The translations under genes were made by a program, and so were the position numbers. Of a DNA stretch of 52,173 nucleotides, positions 13,208 through 22,332 are shown in pieces (positions within the stretch are counted from its first letter, which is position 1; each line of letters begins with the position of its first letter). The stretch covers positions 1-52,173 of the forward strand of contig QHXS01000043.1 of NCBI GenBank assembly GCA_003223975.1, given 5' to 3'. The stretch is from Acidobacteriota bacterium (GTDB taxonomy: Bacteria > Acidobacteriota > Blastocatellia > Pyrinomonadales > Pyrinomonadaceae). The notes under the pieces are model-generated. The model was not told the DNA's origin and searched no databases. It was given only the letters and a program-made list of their open reading frames with translations.

Positions 13208-14827
13208 ATGGCCCTTCCAGCACTACTCGCAAATCTCGCAACGCTTCGCGGCGCTGCGGCGGGAATTATGCCAGCGGGCATGAGCCTTGGGGCTGGTGTT
13301 GGCCAGCTGGGAGCTGCCGCAGCTGCTGGCGCTCCGGCGCTTTCTAGCTCCCTTAGCGTCGCACCAGCTAGTGCAGCGCCAAGTGCAGCTCCTGCTGCTG
13401 GTGCGGCGGGCGAAGCTGGCGCCCTGAGCGCGCCGAGCAGCTTCTCGCTGCCCCCTCACCTAGAAAGTGGCGGTGGAGCGCATGGAGGAGGGCAAGCGCC
13501 CTCTACACCCTCAGCGCCAATTACCCCTGGCGGCGCCGGTGCGATAGGTGGGGGTGGACTAACTTCGCTGAGCGCAGCGCCAGCGCCGTCAGCGTTCTCC
13601 AGTGGGAGTAGTGATCGCACTGCCAACATTAATCCCTATATTGGCTCCACCGGGGGAGCAAATGCTAATATTGATAGATCCATGAGCCCATATGCTCCAG
13701 GGATAAGTGAAGGAGCGGGAAACTATTATCAGAATCCAGCGGAGCTTCCTGGCCCAACCACAATGGATGATCTCATCAACAGTTTGCCCGGCGCTCCTAC
13801 TGGCACCTCCCCAGACTACAATCCGGGGTACTTTAATTCCCCAGGCTCGCCGCAGCGTGTAGCTGACAATTCCGGCGGGGTGTACGGCAATTCCGCTGGT
13901 GGCGCCAGTGCCCTCTCCGCCACTGGCTATCCAGGGGGATTTCCCACCGGAACGCTGACACCCACAGACTCCTATGATGCGCCATTTATGGGTGCTGGCA
14001 AAGCCGCTCCGGGTTTCTCTGGCGCTACTCGTAATAGATTGAACTATGGTGGTGCTGGACCTGCAGCTCCCGGCGGGCCGATGCCCGGCCAGTCCTATTC
14101 TCTCCCACCCTCCCTGCAAGGCACTGGCTCCAGCCATGGATATGATCCACTGACATCTATCCAAGCGCCAAGGGCGCCAGCGCAGGGACCAGAGTTCTCT
14201 GGAGTCACGCGGGAGAGGGCCAATGCAGCTGGCGCTGTGAGACCAGGTGCAGCGGGAACACCCACCCAGAATTATCAAGTCCCAGGAGCAGCGGGAACGC
14301 CAGCTGGTACATATCGTTCAGTTACCAGTGGGACGGGAGGAGCGAACAGGGGCACAGAACCAGATCTCTACGGAGGAGTCTTCTCGCCATCTGATCTTGG
14401 GCTAGGTGGTGTGAGTCCAGCAGCGGCAGCTCCCGCGCCAGCAGCGCCTGCGGTTAATCCTTTTGCTAGCATTGGTGATTTCTTCTCCCCGCCGAGCCAG
14501 CAGGCGGTGGATCTAATGGCAGGGGGTTATGGCGTCGCCCCGCCAGTAGCTAGCACTCCGGGGTTCCTAGAAGCGGGTGGGGCTAGCAAAGCGCCCGCTT
14601 ATGGCACTCCACGCCCGCCGCAGCCGAGGCCAGCTGGTGGCCCGCCGGATAGCTATAAGTTCCTCGGCAACATGCCGCAGCCGAGGCCTGATCCATTCTC
14701 TCCCGATTATCAGCCGTATGTAAGAAGAGGGAGTGGATGGAGTCCCTATGAAGAGGGCTTTACGCCACCTCTGCCAAGAGCCCGCCCAGAGTATATAAAT
14801 CCATTCGGATACTACTTCGGGGAGTAA
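13208..14827 (+). CDS. Ala/Gly/Pro/Ser-rich low-complexity protein (539 aa)
   Basis: The ATG lies 8 nt after GGGAG. The C-terminus is ...PRPPQPRPAGG...MPQPRPDPFSPDYQPY...PPLPRARPEYINPFGYYFGE. Confidence 0.6.
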   Translation: MALPALLANLATLRGAAAGIMPAGMSLGAGVGQLGAAAAAGAPALSSSLSVAPASAAPSAAPAAGAAGEAGALSAPSSFSLPPHLESGGGAHGGGQAPSTPSAPITPGGAGAIGGGGLTSLSAAPAPSAFSSGSSDRTANINPYIGSTGGANANIDRSMSPYAPGISEGAGNYYQNPAELPGPTTMDDLINSLPGAPTGTSPDYNPGYFNSPGSPQRVADNSGGVYGNSAGGASALSATGYPGGFPTGTLTPTDSYDAPFMGAGKAAPGFSGATRNRLNYGGAGPAAPGGPMPGQSYSLPPSLQGTGSSHGYDPLTSIQAPRAPAQGPEFSGVTRERANAAGAVRPGAAGTPTQNYQVPGAAGTPAGTYRSVTSGTGGANRGTEPDLYGGVFSPSDLGLGGVSPAAAAPAPAAPAVNPFASIGDFFSPPSQQAVDLMAGGYGVAPPVASTPGFLEAGGASKAPAYGTPRPPQPRPAGGPPDSYKFLGNMPQPRPDPFSPDYQPYVRRGSGWSPYEEGFTPPLPRARPEYINPFGYYFGE

Positions 14828-14830
14828 TAG

Positions 14831-15283
14831 GTGCAAGACCGTATGGGGAATGATATATTTGCTGGCCAGCCAGAGCGCTCTACGCGCTATGGAGGAGGAG
14901 CTGCGCCGCAGTCCCGCACACCTACGGCGAGAAGCCCTGGGGTGGGCTATCCCGCAGCACCGTATGGTGGAGGAGTCCCACCACAGCCCCAGATCCCTAG
15001 GGCTCGCCCTGATGTGACCCCTCCCGGTGGGATGATGCCTATGCGGCCGCAGTTGCCAGGGATCAGTCCCTTTGGTCAGCCAGTGGCACCGCAGGCACCA
15101 TTCCATGGGCTAGATCGCCCGCCAGAGGTGAATAATGCTCCCCGCCAAAGCGATGTTCCGCCGCAACAGCAGACCTTCCGTGGAATCAACTACTCAGGCC
15201 CGCCGCCAGAGCTGCTCCGCATGATGCAGCTGATTAATGGTGGCTTCAGCCCCGGTGGTGGTGCTGGTGGGGGTGGGTACTAG
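14831..15283 (+). CDS. Pro/Gly-rich low-complexity protein (150 aa)
   Basis: The start is GTG (or ATG at 14843). It contains PQIPRARPDVTPPGG, paralogous to the C-terminus of the preceding gene. Confidence 0.5.
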   Translation: MQDRMGNDIFAGQPERSTRYGGGAAPQSRTPTARSPGVGYPAAPYGGGVPPQPQIPRARPDVTPPGGMMPMRPQLPGISPFGQPVAPQAPFHGLDRPPEVNNAPRQSDVPPQQQTFRGINYSGPPPELLRMMQLINGGFSPGGGAGGGGY

Positions 15284-15284
15284 A

Positions 15285-15313
15285 GAGCGAGACCCCGAGG
15301 GTCTCTGATTAAC
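15285..15313 (+). promoter_or_regulatory. Conserved stem-loop element GAGCGAGACCCCGAGGGTCTCTGATTAAC (copy 3 of 3)
   Basis: It lies 1 nt after the stop at 15283 and ends 1 nt before the TerL start at 15315. Confidence 0.6.
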
Positions 15314-15314
15314 T

Positions 15315-17006
15315 GTGGATCAAATGACCGAAGAAGAGCTGCATTATCTGCGCCTTCAGTGCTATAGAGATCCAACCCTCTATGCGAGGACTTTCAAACG
15401 CTCCGCGTTTGAGTTCCCGATGAGCTGGGTCCACAGGGGGATGATTGCAATACTTCTAGGACGGGCAGACTTCTTGTTGAAGTTTGGTGCTGAAAGCTGG
15501 CCGAAGGCGGAATGGCACTGGGATGAGGAGCAATTGGAGAAGATTATCAAGTATTTCACCTACAAAGTCGACTACGACAACCCCTATGAAGTCCCTAAAC
15601 CACTCTTTGAGTGGGATAGGGTAGCAAATACGATAAATATGACTACTTCTCGCTTCGTTGTGCTGATGCTGCCTAGGGGTGTCGGGAAAACTACCATTGT
15701 GAACCTTGCGAATGAGATAAACATAGTATACCAGGATGTAAAGTTCCTAGTCTACGTCAGTGAGACTGCTACGCACAGCATAAGCCAGCTGGATAACGTC
15801 AAAAGGGAGCTGGAAGACAATGATCTGCTCAAAGCGACCTTTGGAGTGCTTAGGCCGGAGCGCAGCACTGGACTATCCTGGAGTGAGGACTACGTAGAGC
15901 TAACTAATGGCGTAGTCGCGCTGTGCCGCGGTCGAGGTGGGCAGATACGTGGCCTCAATGTGGGCTTCGTCCGACCCGACTGTATTATCGTCGATGACGT
16001 AGAGGATGAGGAGAGTGTAAGTACTGAGGAGCAGATGGGGAAGGCTAAATCCTGGTTCTATAAGGCGCTAGTGCCAGCTCTACCCCAGATGAGTGGGGAG
16101 GGCAGGATAGTAGCCATCGGCACACTCCTCCACCCGCAGGCGCTCCTGATGAACCTAGTAAAGAATCCTGAGTGGTGCGCAGTGGTCTTTGGCGCCCTCG
16201 ATCCCGAGGGGGAGCCAATAGCACCATTCTATATGACTGTGGAGCAGTATAATGCCAAACGCCTATCATATGCGCGTATCGGGATGCTTACTACATTTGA
16301 GATGGAGTACGGAAGTAGGGTTTACCAGGACGATGAAACTAGAAAGTTCGACCCCTCTAGAATTAAAATACAGATTAGGGAGCGCACTGAGTTTCTGGCC
16401 GTCTCAGAAGTCATTGATCCAGCCATCTCTGAAGATAAACGAGCGGCATATTGTGCAATTGGAGTAGTGGGAATTGATGCCACCGGGAAGATCCATGTCC
16501 TAGACACCTGGGAGAAAATAGGAGCGCACCCTCTTGAGCAGGTCGAGCGATACTTCGATCTACACTTCATGTGGTCTCCTACCCACCATGGCGTGGAGGC
16601 GATTGCATATCAGGCTGCTCTGGTCCACCTCTTGCAGGCTGAGATGTTTAAGCGAGCCAAGACCTGGGGACCAAGGGCGTACTTCGAGATTATCAAAGAA
16701 ACAAAGCAGCTCCATGGTACTGAGCGAAAGAAGGTGCCTAGAGTGGAGGGCATCCTCGCGCCTAGATATAAGGCGGGCTACATCACACATCAGAGGCACT
16801 TTCCGGTTCTTATCACGCAACTGAATGACTGGCCTCTTGGCAAGATGGACCTTCCTGACGTGATCGCGATGTGTATCGCGCTGCTCGATCCATTCGCGGC
16901 CACTGGCGCGGCGGACGCCACTGATGCGAGCGGCCAGAATGTTCTTGCACTAGATGAATACCGCCCGATCCGACTGGAGATGGGCGAGTACAGACAGGCA
17001 CCGTGA
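15315..17006 (+). CDS. terL: Terminase large subunit
   Basis: Walker A-like VLMLPRGVGKTT and Walker B DCIIVDDVEDEE are followed by a C-terminal nuclease half. At 563 aa it sits directly upstream of the portal with an ATGA overlap. Confidence 0.9.
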   Translation: MDQMTEEELHYLRLQCYRDPTLYARTFKRSAFEFPMSWVHRGMIAILLGRADFLLKFGAESWPKAEWHWDEEQLEKIIKYFTYKVDYDNPYEVPKPLFEWDRVANTINMTTSRFVVLMLPRGVGKTTIVNLANEINIVYQDVKFLVYVSETATHSISQLDNVKRELEDNDLLKATFGVLRPERSTGLSWSEDYVELTNGVVALCRGRGGQIRGLNVGFVRPDCIIVDDVEDEESVSTEEQMGKAKSWFYKALVPALPQMSGEGRIVAIGTLLHPQALLMNLVKNPEWCAVVFGALDPEGEPIAPFYMTVEQYNAKRLSYARIGMLTTFEMEYGSRVYQDDETRKFDPSRIKIQIRERTEFLAVSEVIDPAISEDKRAAYCAIGVVGIDATGKIHVLDTWEKIGAHPLEQVERYFDLHFMWSPTHHGVEAIAYQAALVHLLQAEMFKRAKTWGPRAYFEIIKETKQLHGTERKKVPRVEGILAPRYKAGYITHQRHFPVLITQLNDWPLGKMDLPDVIAMCIALLDPFAATGAADATDASGQNVLALDEYRPIRLEMGEYRQAP

Positions 17007-19063
17007 TGGCAATAGCTAGCGATATTCCAACTTCAAGCCCGCAGTATCAACCTGAGGCCAACCAGGTTGATATCCCCGGCGGGAGTACTTCCCCTCCGCC
17101 CGAGGGAAGTGCAATTTCCAGGCTCTCGCCGGGGAGCCCTCTTCATGCGAAAGTTCGCGATAAGCTTATCGAACGCTTGAAATCAAGCGAGGATAAGATG
17201 AGCCAGTTCCACGCTCGCTGGCAGGCCAATGAACGTCGCTTCATGGCCTACATCAATAGGACAGACTTTGATAAACTACTGGCTGATACAAATAATAAGG
17301 GCGAAGCGCCGAGTGTTACGACAATCAATGTCCCCTATATTTATGCCACGGTGTGGACTATTGTCACGTATCTCATCCATACTTTCTGCGGCCAGAAGCC
17401 GATCTTTCAAGTGAGTAGCTATTCCGCCGAGGCGGTGGAGCCAGCGAGGAAGATGGAGACGATACTGCAGTTCAACGCGGATAAATCCAAAGCAGTGAGG
17501 AAGATCTTTCAGTGGATGATGGACGGGCAGATCTACGGAGTGGGAGTGGTAAGAAATCTCTGGATCACAGAGTGGAAGATGAGAGCCGTCCAGGGGTATG
17601 GAAGCCCTCTCGGAATGCTCGCGCCAGAGCTGGCGCCTGACACGCCGCTGACGCAAAAGAAACCCTATCTCTGCTACGAGGGCAACGATGTCACTTCAAT
17701 TAATCCCTACAAGTTTTTCCCAGATCCAAGAGTTCCCATGGAGGAAGTCAATAAGCGTGGAGAGTTCGTATTCTGGCGCAGCTATGAGGGAATGCACACC
17801 CTTAAGAGGGCAGAGCGAGATGGAACTCTCTTCTATATTGACGCGATTGGAAAGCCTGGAGGTAGCAAGGGAGGTGATGAGGCAGCGGATCAAAGCATGC
17901 GCTCGCTACTCACTGGTGGGGATAGTGATCCTGGGAGTAGTAATTCTGGTCGCTGGGATACTAGGATTGCACAGTATCATCAATTAGACCAGGGAACAAT
18001 TGATATCAGTCCAAAGGATTGGGGACTGGGAGAGGATGATGCGATAGAGCGCTGGATCTTCACGATAGCTAATAAGAGGCAAATAATCCAGGCCGAGCCA
18101 TTTGAAGACGAGCATGGGAAGCATCCGATCTGTGTGATTGAGCCAAATTCCATTGGCTACGGCTTCGGTCAGATGTCGCTAGTTGACATGCTAGGCCCAA
18201 TTCAAGATGTTCTCTCCTGGTTCGTAAACTCCCACATGTTTAATGTCCGCAGTGCGCTAAACAACATGTTCGTCGTCGACCCGCACTATGTAGAGATGCA
18301 GGATCTAAAAGACCCCGGTCCTGGGAAGTTTATCCGCCTCAAGCAGGCGGCTATGGGCAGGGATGTTAGAACGGTGCTGAACCAGCTATCAGTCCAAGAT
18401 GTAACCGCTGCCCACATCGACAATGTGAGTGCGTTTATGCGCCTTGGCGACATCCTCAGTGGGGTCAACGATAGCCTTAAAGGAGTTCAACCTGGCGGGC
18501 GGCGCTCTGCGACAGAAAGCAGGATAACTAGTGAGAGTGGAGCGAGCCGCCAGGCGGCGCTAGCGAGGATGATTAGTGCACAGGGCATGACTGAGCTGGC
18601 TGAGATGCAGGCTTCCAATGTCCAGCAATATCAATCCATGGAGTTCTATCTAAAGATAGTGGGGGCGGAGGGCCTACTCGTACCCATCAAACCCGATGAT
18701 GTGCAGGGTAACTTCTACTTTCCCATCCATGACGGAGCGCTGCCACTTGACAGGGTGGCCATGCTTGATGTATGGAAGGAGATCTGGCTTGCTGTATCCA
18801 CCAACCCACAACTTGCAATGCAATATAACGGGCCTGCGATCTTTGAGTACATGGCGAACCTCGCAGGGGCGAAGAATCTTACTAGTTTCAAAATTCAGGT
18901 TGCTCCGCCTATGGCAGCGGGAATGCAACAGGGCGGGGATATGTCAGGCCAGGAAGGGGTGCCGATAGATGCAGGACTCCCAGGAGTTAGACCTCCAAAT
19001 GGAGGAAATGGCGCTCAAGGCCCCGCCGGAGGGGCTGGGCAAGCAACTCAAGGCTTATATTAG
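17003..19063 (+). CDS. Portal protein
   Basis: A 686-aa ORF immediately after TerL and before the scaffold and capsid genes, with a Gly-rich C-terminal tail. The call rests on synteny and size. Confidence 0.8.
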   Translation: MMAIASDIPTSSPQYQPEANQVDIPGGSTSPPPEGSAISRLSPGSPLHAKVRDKLIERLKSSEDKMSQFHARWQANERRFMAYINRTDFDKLLADTNNKGEAPSVTTINVPYIYATVWTIVTYLIHTFCGQKPIFQVSSYSAEAVEPARKMETILQFNADKSKAVRKIFQWMMDGQIYGVGVVRNLWITEWKMRAVQGYGSPLGMLAPELAPDTPLTQKKPYLCYEGNDVTSINPYKFFPDPRVPMEEVNKRGEFVFWRSYEGMHTLKRAERDGTLFYIDAIGKPGGSKGGDEAADQSMRSLLTGGDSDPGSSNSGRWDTRIAQYHQLDQGTIDISPKDWGLGEDDAIERWIFTIANKRQIIQAEPFEDEHGKHPICVIEPNSIGYGFGQMSLVDMLGPIQDVLSWFVNSHMFNVRSALNNMFVVDPHYVEMQDLKDPGPGKFIRLKQAAMGRDVRTVLNQLSVQDVTAAHIDNVSAFMRLGDILSGVNDSLKGVQPGGRRSATESRITSESGASRQAALARMISAQGMTELAEMQASNVQQYQSMEFYLKIVGAEGLLVPIKPDDVQGNFYFPIHDGALPLDRVAMLDVWKEIWLAVSTNPQLAMQYNGPAIFEYMANLAGAKNLTSFKIQVAPPMAAGMQQGGDMSGQEGVPIDAGLPGVRPPNGGNGAQGPAGGAGQATQGLY

Positions 19064-19076
19064 TAGTGATAGTCCA

Positions 19077-19262
19077 GTGAATTGGGCGCTCTCGCGCGTA
19101 GTACTGCAAGCGAGGGAACTTGCAAAGGGATTAGCTACGGTGGACTTTACTACAGATGAAGGCAGGCTAAAGGCCATTCGCCAGCAGGGTGTAATCGAGG
19201 GGCTGATAATGGGAGTTGAGATATTCTTAGCCCCAGTGAAGGAGTTAGATGATGGCAGATAA
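19077..19262 (+). CDS. Possible small ORF between portal and scaffold (61 aa from GTG; the track ORF begins at 18969 inside the portal gene)
   Basis: The frame stays open from 18969 to 19262. No good RBS is visible and the start is uncertain. Confidence 0.3.
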   Translation: MNWALSRVVLQARELAKGLATVDFTTDEGRLKAIRQQGVIEGLIMGVEIFLAPVKELDDGR

Positions 19263-20163
19263 CAATAGCAATGGCGCAGCAGCGCCGGCATCGAGCGCAG
19301 AGCCCGTTGCTGGCCCTAGTGTAAAAGATATCCTCGACTTCGATCCGTTTGAACCCGCATCTGCGGGCCAGGGAGGAGCGCAAGCTCCTGCGCCTGCGGA
19401 CGAACCTGTGGAGCGCGCTGAGGGAGATGCTCTTCCTCCTTCTGGGGGTCAAGCCCCCAGCCAGCAACAGCCGCAGGGAGGCGCGCAAGCGCCTGGGGGG
19501 CAAGCCCCCGATCCTGTACTTCGTGAATTGGCGAGAATTAATGAAACCCTAGCTGCGGCACAACAGCCACAATACACTCCTCCGCAAGCAGCGCCGCAAG
19601 GCCCTCGCTTCAATCTGGAGATTCCACAGCAAATCCTAAAGGCTGTGATCCACTCCGAGGATCCAGAGGAAAGAGCTGCGGGTCTGGCGGCTTTAGTCAA
19701 TGGGCTGGCAAATACCCTCTATAATGATATTTCTGCTGAGGTGAGAGCAAATCAGCAGCAGATGTATCAAGCCCTACCGCAAGTCCACCAGCGGCTTAAT
19801 CAAGAGCAAGTGGAACAGCAGAGAGCTGCGAGTGACTTCTTTGGCCGCTTTACCAACCTCCAACCTACTCCACAGATGATGCAGTTTGTGGCAGCGGAGG
19901 CGAAGCAGCTGGCTGTTGAGCAGTGGAGAGCGGGAAACCGCAATCTACAATGGAATGATGAGTTCCGGGAAGCTCTCGGATATCGCATCCATGCTGGGTT
20001 GGGGCTGCAGTTTCCTCAGAGGGCACCAGCTCCTGGGGCGCAAGCCCCGAGGGCTCCTAAGCGCCCTCAGTTTGCTGCTGGCGGTGATGCTAAGGGATCT
20101 AGTGCTAATTCTGCGCCAAATCAGGAAGTGAAGGAAATCTGGGACGTTTTTGGCTATAACTAA
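19249..20163 (+). CDS. Scaffolding protein candidate
   Basis: A 304-aa Ala/Gln/Pro-rich helical protein located between the portal and major capsid genes. Confidence 0.6.
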   Translation: MMADNNSNGAAAPASSAEPVAGPSVKDILDFDPFEPASAGQGGAQAPAPADEPVERAEGDALPPSGGQAPSQQQPQGGAQAPGGQAPDPVLRELARINETLAAAQQPQYTPPQAAPQGPRFNLEIPQQILKAVIHSEDPEERAAGLAALVNGLANTLYNDISAEVRANQQQMYQALPQVHQRLNQEQVEQQRAASDFFGRFTNLQPTPQMMQFVAAEAKQLAVEQWRAGNRNLQWNDEFREALGYRIHAGLGLQFPQRAPAPGAQAPRAPKRPQFAAGGDAKGSSANSAPNQEVKEIWDVFGYN

Positions 20164-20177
20164 GGGGCTTCGCCCCT
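20163..20177 (+). promoter_or_regulatory. Short GC hairpin (aggggc ttc gcccct) between scaffold and capsid genes
   Basis: It overlaps the last base of the TAA stop at 20161-20163 and is followed by GAGGAG and the ATG at 20192. Confidence 0.4.
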
Positions 20178-20191
20178 GAGGAGCAAATCAG

Positions 20192-21454
20192 ATGCCTATT
20201 CTTGGTTTCCGTCACACTGCGAACTTCGTCACCAATGAGCGGCCAGAGAACTGGCGCCAGGCGATCCTGAGGGAATACCCTAATGGCACAGCGCCACTGT
20301 TCGCGCTCACTAGCTTGATGAAGAGCGAAAGCACAGATGATCCGGTGTTCCACTGGTGGCAGAAGAACTTTGATAATCGTCGCCTCAAGTTCTCCGGCGC
20401 GCTGACTAACGTCGCCACTGCCGTGACAGTTGACGCTACGTTCAAGTCTGCCTTCATTGTCAAAATGGGAGACATGTTGCTAATCGAAGGAACGGGCGAG
20501 ATCGTGACTGTGACTAGCGATCCAACTGTGTCAACTGCTCTCGTGGTGACGAGAGGGCAGGCGGGGACTAGTGGGACGGCGATCGACGCAGGTGTGGCGG
20601 GCACGAACTTCTACATGACAGTGATCGGCTCAGCGTATGAAGAGGGAAGCCTTGCACCGAGTGGCGTCAACTACGATCCGAATGAGGTCTACAACTACAC
20701 CCAGATCTTCAGAAATACGCTGGAGATGACCCGCACAGCGAGCAAGACGAAGCTGCGCACTGGGGATCAAGTTAAGGAAGCAAAGAGGGAGTGCCTGGAG
20801 ATCCACAGCACGGATATTGAGCGGGCTCTCTGGTTCTCCAAGAAAAGCACTGGGACTAAGAACTCCAAGCCCTACCGCACCACAGATGGGGTTGAGGCTC
20901 AGATCATTAATGGGGCGCCAGCTAACGTGATCCCCGCTGTAACTGGTGGTGGCGTCACGCTCACCGCTCCAGGCGTGATCAACATGAACTGGGTGGAGTA
21001 TGCAATGGAACTGGTGTTCCGGCGCGGTGGTAGTGAGAAGATGATGTTCACCTCCAATGCTGTGATGCTCGCGATCAATCAGGTTGCGAGGCGCAACAGT
21101 GTCTACAATCTGAGTGGGGGTGAGAAAGAGTATGGGATGAGAGTGTCCCGGCTGGTGAGTCCGTTCGGCGAACTCGTGATTAAGACCCACCCGCTGTTTA
21201 ACGACATGAGGGGTGGGACGAACGGTGGGACTTCATTCACCTCCAAGGCCAACAACGCATACATCCTGGATATGGGCGAGTTCATCTATCGCCACTTCAC
21301 TGGTGATGACATGCGGTATGAGAAGGATCTGACGCCAGTCGGCCTGGACGGGATGAAGAGCGGGTATCTCACTGAGATGGGTGTCGAGCTGCACCATCCC
21401 AGCTATCACTTCATCTGGACTGGGATTATTGGTGGAGCGGAGGATCCTCCGTAG
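20192..21454 (+). CDS. Major capsid protein
   Basis: A 420-aa ORF. The N-terminus MPILGFRHTANFVTNERPENWRQAILREYPNGTAPLFALTSLMKSESTDDPVFHWWQK matches my memory of a podovirus capsid family. Synteny and a strong downstream hairpin support the call. Confidence 0.8.
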   Translation: MPILGFRHTANFVTNERPENWRQAILREYPNGTAPLFALTSLMKSESTDDPVFHWWQKNFDNRRLKFSGALTNVATAVTVDATFKSAFIVKMGDMLLIEGTGEIVTVTSDPTVSTALVVTRGQAGTSGTAIDAGVAGTNFYMTVIGSAYEEGSLAPSGVNYDPNEVYNYTQIFRNTLEMTRTASKTKLRTGDQVKEAKRECLEIHSTDIERALWFSKKSTGTKNSKPYRTTDGVEAQIINGAPANVIPAVTGGGVTLTAPGVINMNWVEYAMELVFRRGGSEKMMFTSNAVMLAINQVARRNSVYNLSGGEKEYGMRVSRLVSPFGELVIKTHPLFNDMRGGTNGGTSFTSKANNAYILDMGEFIYRHFTGDDMRYEKDLTPVGLDGMKSGYLTEMGVELHHPSYHFIWTGIIGGAEDPP

Positions 21455-21479
21455 GATTGCAGTCATAGTTGTAGAAACT

Positions 21480-21512
21480 GATGGGTATATTCACAAATCG
21501 AATATACCCATC
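21480..21512 (+). terminator. Perfect 13-bp-stem hairpin after the capsid gene
   Basis: gatgggtatattc acaaatc gaatatacccatc. It has no U-tract, so it may attenuate or process rather than terminate. Confidence 0.5.
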
Positions 21513-21520
21513 TAACTCGG

Positions 21521-22327
21521 GTGATCCAAATGCCCATGACTGTAGCTGAATTCTACGATGACCTGAGGACGGTGATAGCTAGAGGGACTGCAGTAGATAC
21601 TAGTATTCCAATCTGGAGTCGAAGTGCCCTGCGCTTCCTAGAGCGCGAGATCACTTTCGACTACATGAAGGTGAGCTTCTTTCTGCTGCAAGAGCCAGGG
21701 AGTAAATTTTTCGACTTCGGAGCGGAAGATCCGCCAATCCCGCTAAAGCGAATAGAAGCCCTGGGCTACTTCGGCCAGGATGGCGGGATGATCCCCCTGT
21801 CTCGCATTAATGTGAATAGTATAGGCCGCAATATCTCTGTGATCCCGAATGGCTATCGGCAAGCGGGGACGAGGATATTCTTTGAGGGAGCGGTGAGCCC
21901 GCCTGGAATCACAGAGACTACAACTGCCTACCCGCTGATGCTTCATACTAGCCTATTCACCGAGTGGCCTACGGTTGGCTCGCAGACTCATCCGATATTA
22001 GACATTGCAGATGATCTCATCAAGCATCAGGTGCTGCTGCAGAGCGTGACTAGTGTAAGAAAGCAAGAGGAGATGGCGGGGTGGAAACTCCTGCGCGATG
22101 AGGCGATTGGGAGCGTTCGGCGCCTGCAAGATGAGAATGAACTAGAAGGCTCTCAGGCGGCGCAGATGGACTACTGGGGTGGGACCACAGGGAGACTATT
22201 CCCCAATGTGAGTGCGGCGATCGCAGCAATCAAGGGGATGTATGATGTGCCTAATTCCTTTGGCGTCGCCGGGCTATACATGGTGGGAGGTAGTGCTGCT
22301 GGGCTGGCTGTTGGTTCTGGGAGCTAG
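21521..22327 (+). CDS. Virion structural protein (head-tail adaptor candidate, 268 aa)
   Basis: It is located directly after the capsid gene. The start is GTG at 21521 or ATG at 21530. Confidence 0.5.
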   Translation: MIQMPMTVAEFYDDLRTVIARGTAVDTSIPIWSRSALRFLEREITFDYMKVSFFLLQEPGSKFFDFGAEDPPIPLKRIEALGYFGQDGGMIPLSRINVNSIGRNISVIPNGYRQAGTRIFFEGAVSPPGITETTTAYPLMLHTSLFTEWPTVGSQTHPILDIADDLIKHQVLLQSVTSVRKQEEMAGWKLLRDEAIGSVRRLQDENELEGSQAAQMDYWGGTTGRLFPNVSAAIAAIKGMYDVPNSFGVAGLYMVGGSAAGLAVGSGS

Positions 22328-22332
22328 CGCCA

